A stretch of 64,000 bases of DNA, from positions 90,302,569 to 90,366,568 of the forward strand of contig NC_092377.1 in NCBI RefSeq assembly GCF_030028105.1, read 5' to 3'. The notes beneath the pieces are model-generated. The model was not told the origin of the DNA. It saw only the letters and a list, made by a program, of their open reading frames with translations, and did no database searches. The position numbers and the translations under genes were made by a program. This DNA comes from Mobula birostris. Taxonomy: Eukaryota. This document shows, piece by piece, positions 54,367-64,000 of this stretch (positions are counted from its first letter, which is position 1; each line of letters opens with the position of its first letter).

Positions 54367-54876
54367 CTGTAACAAGATGTGACAAATATGAGAGAATTTG
54401 AGATGTGACATCACATAGAAACACTTCTAGACAGAATCAAAATTTCCACTGCACGTTTTATAAAGAGTAGAACTTGGAACTTTTCAACTGACCACTTCTT
54501 CATTCTAACCCATCATAAACCCCACTAAAGTTCAAGACAAAGGCTAATATTTTGTTGAACAATGATCCCAGGGGATTGTAGAGTAAAGGTTAGCAACTGG
54601 ATTTTGAGACAATGAACCAGAAACTAAATCAACTGTAATGTGGGCCTGAAGGACTAAATTCCCTGCTTTCATTCTTAGGCAAATAGATTTGAACTTTAAA
54701 AAAACTGTAAGAAATTGCCTGGTCCATTTTTGAAACCCATTCAGGGATTCCTTATCCACTTTATGAAGCATTGGTAGGTGAATCGATGTACTTTCATCTA
54801 TGTAAGAGGAATCTTTCTTTTTGGAATTATTACTATACAATATACAATTTGCGGAGGCCAGGTTTTATCCTCAATA

Positions 54877-55943
54877 AACACACACAAAAAATGCTGGTGA
54901 ACGCAGCAGGCCAGGCAGCATGTATAGGAAGAGGTGCAGTCGACGTTTTGGGCCTGGACCCTTCGTTAGGACTAAATGAAAGAAGAGATAATAAGAGATT
55001 TGAAAGTTGGGGGGGTAGGGGGAGATCCGAAATTATAGAAGATGGCGGGGGGAGATGGAGCCAAGAGCTGGAGAAGGGAGAGGATCATGGGACAGGAAGC
55101 CTGGGGAGAAAGAGAAGGGGGGAGGGTAGCCCGGAGGGTGGAGAGCAGACAAGGAGTTATAGTGAGAGGGACAGAGGGACAAAAAAGAGAGAGAGAAAAG
55201 GGTGGGAAAAAAATAAATAAATGAGGGATGGGGTGTGAAGGGGAGGAGGGACATTAACGGAAGTTAGAGAAGTCAATATTCACGCCATCAGGTTGGAGGC
55301 TACCCAGACGGAATATAAGGTGTTGTTCCTCCAACCTGTGTGTGGCTTCATCTTGACAGTAGAGGAGGCCGTGGATAGACATATCAGAATGGGAATGGGA
55401 CGTGAAATTAAAATGTGTAGTCACTGGGAGATCTTGCTTTCTCTGGCGGACAGAGCGTAGGTGTTCAGTGAAACGGTCTCCCAGTCTGCGTCGGGTCTCA
55501 CCAATATATAAAAGGTCGCACCGGGAGTACCGGACACAGTATACCATCCCAGCTGACTCACAGGTGAGGTGTCGCCTCACCTGGAAGGACTGTCTGGGGC
55601 CCTGAATGGTGGTGAGGGAGGAAGTGTAAGGGCATGTGTAGCACTTGTTCCGCCTACAAGGATAAGTGCCGGGAGGGAGATCAGTGGGGAGGAATGGGGA
55701 GGACGAATGGACAAGGGAGTCACATAGGGAGCAATCTTTGTGGAAAGCAAAGTGGGGCGGGGGGAGGAGGGAAAGATGTGCTTAGTGGTGGGATCCCGTT
55801 GGAGGTGGCGGAAGTTACGGAGAATGATATGTTGGACCCCAGCGGCTGGTGGGGTGGTAGGTGAGGACCAGGGGAACCCTATTCCTAGTGGGGTGGCGGG
55901 AGGATGGAGTGAGAGCAGATGTGCGTGAAATGGGAGAGATGCG
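54877..55943 (-). mobile_element. Penelope-like element, 5'-truncated
   Basis: Homologous to the 19.2-20.4 kb copy; GMVYCVRYSRCDLLYIGET; decayed hammerhead at ~54938-54973. Confidence 0.92.
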
Positions 55944-56157
55944 AGAATTAAGCAGAGATGAATTAAGAGAGAATAGGAACTTGCTATTGCACAAGGTTCA
56001 GAGAGGGTAATTTTGGCTTCACATTCTTGCATAACACAACTATATTTGCTTCTAGAACACTAAGTTAATGACTGCTATTTTGTTTGTAAAACCAAGCCAC
56101 CTTTATCCAATGGAACACTACTGGTTGTAGAAATTCATACATCAGATATGATCCTAC

Positions 56158-56253
56158 CTGTACTGTGTGCTGTACTTTGGGATTCTTGTAGTGGAAAACA
56201 CTGAAACCAAGAGGCTCCTTTGGAATCACCTCCACAAGCATCAAATTACAACA
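56158..56253 (-). CDS. PLEKHG1: PLEKHG1 PH-domain exon (96 nt)
   Basis: [32 protein letters not shown]; AG/GT boundaries. Confidence 0.92.
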
Positions 56254-57240
56254 CTGAAGAGAGAGAGAACATTACAACTTCATTCACCCGAGCTCAATCT
56301 GGCACTTAACACATTCTGTTAGCCTTCTTCACAAACTAATGAACTTTAAATTGCACACATCAAGGTCCAATAAACACCACAAAATCCAAACATTATGTAC
56401 AAACTGGTTTTATATTGTTCCTTTACCATCCCAAAATGTCATTAGGAATATTAATCAGGCTAATGTCAACTAAAAGCTAGGTGACCAGAAACATGGCCAG
56501 TTAAGTGGATTTAGTGTTTTGGGGAAAGGAGAGCTGGAGGTTCTGGGGGGAAGTACAAATGCCCAAAGGCTGCCAGTGGTGCAAGTGCAGAAGACCAAAA
56601 TTAAACGATCAGGGAATGCTTTGGAATTGGTAATTACTGTAGATTCAAATCATTGAGGGTGCAGTAAGCATTTTAACCCAAGGGTAAGAACCTTAACTGC
56701 GATGTGTAGCACAGCAATGCAACCAGCAGAGCTGCTGCCTTGCAGCTCCACTAACATCTCCAATGTTGCCGGTGTGGTATTTGGGTTTCGCCTGCGTGCT
56801 CCATTTTCCTCCCACATCCCAAGGCATGTGTAGGTTTGCAAGCTGCTGTAACTTGCCCCTAGTGCAGGCAGGTGGTAGAATCTGGAAAGAGCCGATAAGG
56901 ATGTGAGAACAGATGACAGGAAAATTGAAAGGAATGGTATTTACAAGCTGGCATGGATTTGTCGGGCCAAATGGCCTCTCACGACATTGTATGGAAATAG
57001 AGCCAATGAGTGTCCAGAAGATGGTGATAATTTGGAATGATCTAAAGGTTATGGATGATGTAGAACGGAAGAGCGAACAGAAAAGCTGAAAAGGGTTGAC
57101 TTTATTGATTGATGTTGTAGATGGCTACAAAGACAACTTTCCAGAGGAGCTTTTCTGATTCACTGCTGTACTGTCAATAGCAAACCACAGCACTTCCAAG
57201 TAAATGCAAGTGACCCAGGTAAAAATAAAACTGTCCTTAC

Positions 57241-57423
57241 CAAAATATGAGCTTTATAGGCATATGTTTCTTCCCTTTTTTTAGTGATGAGAAGAAGTTT
57301 ATCTAAAAGAAACAAAGTGCGTTCATTTTTGGCCCGCTGAAAGCGAAATGTTCCCTCCAAGACCAGTTCTCCATAGCTGGTCAAGTCTGGACCTTTCCAA
57401 TTTGTCAGCAGGCTTTGAATCTC
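57241..57423 (-). CDS. PLEKHG1: PLEKHG1 PH-domain exon (183 nt)
   Basis: [26 protein letters not shown]...YKAHIL; AG/GTAAG boundaries. Confidence 0.94.
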
Positions 57424-57769
57424 CTTAACAAGAACACAGATATACAGTCAAACAGCGGTAATGAAGCGTTCATTTAATGCAATCAAAACACCCCTCTTGC
57501 CCTGTACTATTGTTTAATAACATAAGCTGCATCTTTATGTCAATTACTTGCCTTGGTTCTAAGTTCCTTAAAGCCATTATCCCACTGAAATCCACCTTGC
57601 TCAGTTTTGAATCTGCAACATTTTAACAATCTAGTTCCATTTTCCACAGCTTGACTGCTTTTGGATCTGGAAGTTTATTTATGGATGATTTGTCATTATG
57701 TTGATGAATGTCATCAAAACATCAAATGGACATACAGGAGACCACCTTTTGGTAGCGTCAACTCCCAAA

Positions 57770-58187
57770 CCATGGAACATTTATACTCGCTGGAATTTAC
57801 AAGATTGAGGGGGGATCTTATTGAAACGTATAAACTACTAAAGGGATTGGACAGGCTAGATGTAGGAAGATTGGGGAAGTCCAGAACGAGGGGTCACAGT
57901 TTGAGGATAAAGGGGAAGCCTTTTAGAACCGAGATGAGGGAAAACTTCTTCACACAGAAAGTGGTGAATCTGTGGAATTCTCTGCCACAGGAAACAGTTG
58001 AGCCCAATTCATTGGCTATATTTAAGAGGGAGTTAGATATGGCCCTTGTGGCTAAAGGGATCGGGGGTATGGAGAGAAGGCAGGTACAGGGTTCTGAGTT
58101 GGATGATCAGCCATGATCGTACTGAATGGCGGTGCAAGCTCGAAGGGCCAAATGGCCTATTCCTGCACCTATTTTCTATGTTTCTAT
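57770..58187 (+). mobile_element. CR1 3' fragment
   Basis: LYSLEFTRLRGDLIETYK...RTRGHSL; ttctatgtttctat tail. Confidence 0.85.
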
Positions 58188-59198
58188 ACCAACCCGCCCT
58201 GTGAGATCTATTGCTGGCAGGACCTTATTCTTCTACTTCACTTTGCAGGAAACCACAGGCGGATTAACCAACAAAACAGCATAGTGCAACACATTTTAAT
58301 GACTCAGTGAAAAGTAAATTGTCAGTGTGAAGCAGCATTTGTTATTTTCCAATTAATAGTTATCTACTTCATACCTTAAGATTACACTCACTTGTCTGGG
58401 TTCTGACTAAAATGTGTCAATATAGAAGAACTACTAACTGTTTTTATATCATCCCTAATACAACCCCTTTAATATCTATGCTCATGACAAGACAAATTTA
58501 GTCTAATATGTACCCATAAAATAATCTGTTTTTTCCCCAACATACATCTTGGCAGTTAGAACTTACATTAATACTAACAAAGGAGACATGAAGGCTACAT
58601 TCTAATTACACGACAAACTCACTACATTATAATTATTATTTTGCTCCCTTGTTTTTAACTTGCTATTTACTCTTGCAATCTAACTGCACAAGTTACCCAA
58701 GTTGCTTCAGCAATCCTGTGACATATCCCTACCAGTTACTGTCTTGCGGAAATGGCCAACAAATTAGGTTAACTGTCTCTGGATTAAAAGTACCTCTCCT
58801 TATTTACCCCCTTTACTGCTCTCTCAGTCATCTTTACCCAACAGGTGCTCGAGAAGGGCAATTTTGGGTGGACTGGTTTACCGAGCATTCACAGACAACA
58901 GTCACCCAGGGGGAATTTGGCCAAACAGCAGCGAGTGTTTGGGTGTGCGTGTGTGTGTGGGGGGGGGGGGGGGGCGGTGGGAACAAGTTCATTTCCTCCT
59001 TAACCTGGGGAGGCGGGGGTGGACACTGAGGCTCACTACAGTTAACCGACTTCCACCCCGGATCACAGACAGAATCAAATCTTTAGCAGTAGGAGGAGTA
59101 ACTACTGGTTTCCAGCACAGTGGAAATGGGCAATAAACCCTGACAGCAGCAACACCACCCTCATAGAATGCACGCTTAAACCCCGGTTGGTGACTCAC

Positions 59199-59330
59199 TT
59201 GCAGCCGTACGGCGTGCTCGTGTTTCCTCTTCATGTCATTGATGTGCCAAGCTACCCTCTGCATTGTGTCAATGGCATCCTGCACCACATCATAGCACTC
59301 TGTGTCTTTCTCCAGGTGGCTCACTATTTC
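59199..59330 (-). CDS. PLEKHG1: PLEKHG1 DH-domain exon (132 nt)
   Basis: [44 protein letters not shown]; AG/GTGAGT boundaries. Confidence 0.95.
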
Positions 59331-60339
59331 CTGACAACAATAGGCAAAAGGCAGAACACATCATGAAACAAATAGGAACCCAATGACTGCACAGTTCCCA
59401 GGCAATTCCAGCCAGGGTTGAGACTATTGCAACTGCCCTACTGAGTAGCTGTGGCACTTGCTTCACACTCAAAGGCCAAAATGCAGGTTGACATCAACAA
59501 CCCGACTGTGGTTTGGGTCTGGGGTTGAAAATGGTTATTTACGTGGGCACAGATGGAAATCACAGGCTGGGAGCATTGATGGACTGACCCGCGTTTGGAG
59601 AACAGGCCCCTTAATGACCAATGCCTGCTATCGAGTAGATTCTGCCAAAAATTATTTGCTTTCACAAAGATTATTCAGAAGAGCAGAAATCACTATCAAA
59701 ATGTTTTTAAATGGAAAAATATGAAAAAAATCAATTTCTGATGTGGTAGTTAATAGTTTTTCCATTTCAAAAACAAAAGAACAAAAATGCCTCCCTATCT
59801 CCATGGACATAATGACACTTAAAAACATGACATTAATCTTCAAAAACAACTCAATTACACCGAAATAATCTCTTCCTGTCCAAAAATTTCACTGGTTCTG
59901 GTATCAGAGTTGGCAATAATTATTTTTAGTTTTTGAGCATGTTAATAAATAATGTATATAGCATTTTGGATTGGGCATTCTTTCTACCAACAGCCTGGCA
60001 CACCACACGTTAAACATTTGTACCCAAAGGATCAATATCACGATTACTATTGGAATCAAACAGATGAAAAGGTCAATGTCCTGAACAGACAAGGTACAGT
60101 CATCCAACTAAGTCACACGGAGCTCAGTAAGTCTCTTGAACTATAAAAATTCCTGCCTCCTTACAAATGTTGCATCTTAACTAGACAAAGGAGGCAGCCA
60201 ATGATTAATCTGGGCCAGGTACTTAAACCTTAATGCATATAATGACAAGGTAACATGAATGAAGGGCAGCATCAATATCCATTAAAATAATGCTCAATTG
60301 CACTGGATTTGGATCAAGAATGCCTGAGCAAACACTTAC

Positions 60340-60490
60340 ATGTAAGAGAAGATGGTATTTTAGGATGCGCTGCACAGGTTTGAGAAGGTAGGATCCCAGT
60401 GGGAGAGAGTGTTTCAAGGCCTCCTGTCGCTCTCTGAAGAACTTAGCCAGCACTTTGTTCCTCATACATTCGGTTAACACCGCTACGGAT
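60340..60490 (-). CDS. PLEKHG1: PLEKHG1 DH-domain exon (151 nt)
   Basis: [12 protein letters not shown]...[23 protein letters not shown]; AG/GTAAGT boundaries. Confidence 0.95.
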
Positions 60491-61679
60491 CTGCAGGTTA
60501 CATAAAGGATCAGCGGCTCTGTTAAATCCACGTTCCTGAACAAAATATGGACTAATCTCAATTACTTTTGTGTTGAGTCATGATGCTGGATTGGCGCCTT
60601 CTAATGACATTGCATTTTTGCCTTAATACAGACTTTTAAAAAAAATTGATCTTTCCTTCAATGCTTAGTTTTGGCACGCAGCAGCAGATCGAAACATGGT
60701 ATAATCTCTAGTATCATTTCTGCTCTTGGCAAAGAGTGCAGCAGATCACTTATGTCATTGTTTGCTTCAGGTTCCGAATCAAATACAAAATGCATGACTG
60801 GAAAATAGAATAATTCCTTTAATGTCCAAAAGCACATTTAAACATCTTGACAGAACTGAAAATTAATCACTTTTTTTAAAAAATAAAAAAAAATTCATGC
60901 TGTTTAATTTGTATTTTTTAATAAATAATTACGAGTGAGATAATGGTCACCAAAGCGCACAGCAGTCATTTAATGACTAGTGTTTGACCTTGGCCACTGC
61001 ACGAGTTTTCCATGTTTCCTCCCAAATCCTAAAGACATGCTGGTTGTTAACTCACCACTATAAATTGTCCCTAATATTGATGAGTAGCAAGAGGATAATT
61101 GGGGAGGGGAGGGGGGATGGGAGGAGGGAGTTGATAGACAGAACGGAAAAGTTTAAATAAAAGTGAGGGAATGGGATTAATAGAATTCCTCCCATAGCCT
61201 GCATAGTTTCAGTGGGATTCTCCCATCTCATAAGAAAAATATGCAACTCTAAAATCCAACTTCCAGATTCCATTATCATGCTGTCAGCTGACTGCCAGGT
61301 TTAGCTCCAGTGAAAATACAGAGAAACAAGTGAGGCAGCAAAGCTTCTGGTAGACTGCCCTGGAGAAATTGAAACCAAGAAAAAAAGAAACCAGAAAAAA
61401 CAACACCATTTCTTCAAAAGCAACGGAAGCATTGCTCAAGTTACTGGATGTCTACATGATAACTTGAAGGCAAATTTGATCTAATTGAGTAACTGGGAAA
61501 CACAAGATTGCTTTTGATGCTGATTGAACGAATACTATCATAATATAAAATTGGGCATTATGTAAGACCAGCATTCACTAACAGCAGTTCCCCAAGGAAC
61601 AGATGAAGTTACAACTTCCCTCTTAATTGACCATTTAATAGCTTTAGGTCCAGTCCTCACGTTAATAATGCAGACCTAC

Positions 61680-61726
61680 CTGGGATAGTTGGTGCAATAC
61701 TGTGTATAGATGTGGAACTCTTCACT
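61680..61726 (-). CDS. PLEKHG1: PLEKHG1 DH-domain exon (47 nt)
   Basis: SEEFHIYTQYCTNYP(R); AG/GTAGG boundaries. Confidence 0.93.
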
Positions 61727-62947
61727 CTGAAAGAATCAAGATTAATAAACACATCAGACCCTGCTTGTTCAGCAAATGTCCCAACATTAGATAGATTAGT
61801 ACTGGCAGACCTGTGATGGGTCTCGAACACACCACCATCAGCGGAGACTACGCCACACCAAGATAAGGCAGCCAGGGCCTCCGCAGTGCTGGACTTGCAC
61901 AAGGTTAGTCTGCAGAGGCTCTGTTTCAATGTTTAACTTCAGATGCTTAAATAGATCCCATGGGGAAGGGAGAATTCTTTTCCCCTCTTTGGAGGGGAAA
62001 TCCTGAACAGAGTTTCTTTACCTACGAATGAATGCCACAATGTTCAGGGTGATATCAGGAAACACCTCAGCACAAGGTGCTGGGAAACACACACTTCTCC
62101 AAACACCTTGAGGGTAGGGGGTGGGCACATGAAAACACACACTTGAAAGAACAAGTTTCTGCTGGCTACAAGTCTCATCTGAGTCCAAGAAAAAGTCACG
62201 AGTTAACACCCGGATTTCAGATTTATAAGATGTAGCTCAACAGGTTAGGCTTTCTCACTTGTCTTAACTGGGACCACTGGAAAGTAACAAAGAGCGTCAA
62301 ACTCAGACAGCTTTATCCAGTACCCCGTGGCTTTGACATTGTTTCTCTACTATAACACCCTCAACTCAACAACGTCCCAATTGATGTGATATTTCCAGAG
62401 ATACTTGTTGAAACAAAAGATGTTGCCATTGTTTCACAACCCAAAATAAATAGAATCGTAGTATATTAATACAAAGTTAATTTTGAATTAAACTCAGGTG
62501 ATCCAAAGACACTCAGTTGGCCATTTCCTTCCCCAATGCGGCCAGGTGTGCCACAGTGAACAGCTACTAGTGCTCTAGGGACCCGGGTGTGATTCTGACC
62601 ATGAGTGCCAACCATGTGGAGTCCACATGTGCTCTAGAACATCTTGTGTCCCAGTAGCATCCCAAACTCATGTTGGTTGGTTAACTGGCTGCTGACAGGA
62701 AACGAACCAAAGGAGGATTGATGAGCATGTGCAAAAGAGAGTAAGTTGCAGGGGTACGTCAAAATGAGAAGGCAATGGGCATTGATGGGATTCTTCCTCT
62801 GGAACCCAACTGGGTCAAACAGCCGCCATGCTGTTCTGAAGATAGACAGGAAGCAAAAAAAAACATTGCAGTCTTACGCACACACAAAGTAAAAGTTGCC
62901 TTTCTTTCAAGCTTGCAAACATACTCTGAGGCCACGGCAGCACTTAC

Positions 62948-63017
62948 CTTTGCTACAAAACATTCTGCAATTGCAACTGGGTCGCTATCACAGCTCTCCA
63001 GGTCACGAAGCAGTTCA
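62948..63017 (-). CDS. PLEKHG1: PLEKHG1 DH-domain exon (70 nt); earlier exons lie beyond the window
   Basis: ELLRDLESCDSDPVAIAECFVAK; AG/GTAAGT boundaries. Confidence 0.93.
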
Positions 63018-64000
63018 CTGTAAATAGAAAGGAAAGACACATTTTAAATAAATACCTACAGATCATTCCGGCATATCCTGATCAGTAATTTATAACTCAG
63101 TGCCAAATTAGATGCTTGTAACACCATTTTAGAAATACAACTACAGTGCTTCTTATAACCTCAAGACCACATTAGTCTTCATGATCCTAAAATACTTTAG
63201 AAATATAGCATGTTGCAATGCTGTCCATCTGTAAACCATGTGCTGTTGAAGTAGGGCTGTGATAACCAGTTATTTGAGACAAGTGGGAGGAGCGAAAGAG
63301 AAAGGGTCTCGACCCAAAACGGTGACTGTTTATTCATTTCCATAAATGTTGCCTGACCCGCTGAGTTCCTCCAGTGTGTTTCTCTGGATTTCCAGCATCT
63401 GTGTTTGAGAGAAATGTTGGCCAAAACACAGGAGGGAATGTCCCTGCTAAATACTATAGCACTTAAAGTTGCATTATATTCTATTCACAGCTCAAAACAT
63501 GAAGCAGTCCACGCAGCAAAAAGTAGACAGCGTTCATGCACGAGCTGTAAAGTAGCACGTAACATTTGCATCACAAGTTGCCAGTAATTACAAGAGTATC
63601 TAACCTCTTACTCCTGACAAAGAATAACAATGCCAATTTTCTCAAAATCCTGGGGACTGCTATTGAACAAAATTTAAACTGAATCAGCCACAATTTGAGT
63701 GAGCAGGTCTGTAGCTGGATATCCTACAGCAAGTGACATGTCCCATAACACCAAAGCCTTTCCACATCTATAAAAAGCACACGTCAGCTGCATGAGAAAT
63801 TTGCTACAGGTTGAGGACTGCTTATCCAAAATCCAAAAACTTACAAAATTTTTTTGATTGGGAAAAAATCCAAAATCCAAACAACGCCGATTTAAAGAAA
63901 GTAAAATACAAATACAGTGTACTGTAAACTTTTAATGAAAATACGGCATGGTAGGTGGAGACTGAAAGCCTGCCATTGTTCAGCAGCTGATTCAGGTATT

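Noticed and set aside
54860-55975. TSD for the third Penelope-like copy
   Set aside because: No matching direct repeat found on both sides.
58958-58975. Poly-G runs (also ~32360-32376) as functional G-quadruplexes
   Set aside because: Simple homopolymers with no supporting evidence.

Overview
Vertebrate genomic DNA; the repeat content (CR1 LINEs, Penelope-like elements, V-/HE1-like SINEs) suggests a cartilaginous fish such as a ray, which is inference. The minus strand carries the 3' part of PLEKHG1 (DH-PH RhoGEF): 14 coding exons between 63017 and 32907, all GT-AG and in consistent phase, including a 17-nt microexon, followed by a long repeat-poor 3' UTR. About 20 kb downstream, on the same strand, is a CpG-island first exon encoding a mitochondrial presequence, most likely MTHFD1L, matching the human gene order. 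The rest is transposon-rich and heavily nested. Notable elements: several Penelope-like elements with minimal hammerhead-ribozyme motifs at their 3' ends; short fold-back derivatives of those ends; a Sleeping Beauty-like Tc1 whose two ends are both right ends (~425-bp inverted arms), interrupted by a young CR1; and an RTE LINE carrying a solo LTR and a Rex/Babar fragment. No prokaryote-type systems (CRISPR, operons) are evident. No wholly new system is supported; the best candidates for novelty are the hammerhead fold-back family and the rearranged SB-like element.
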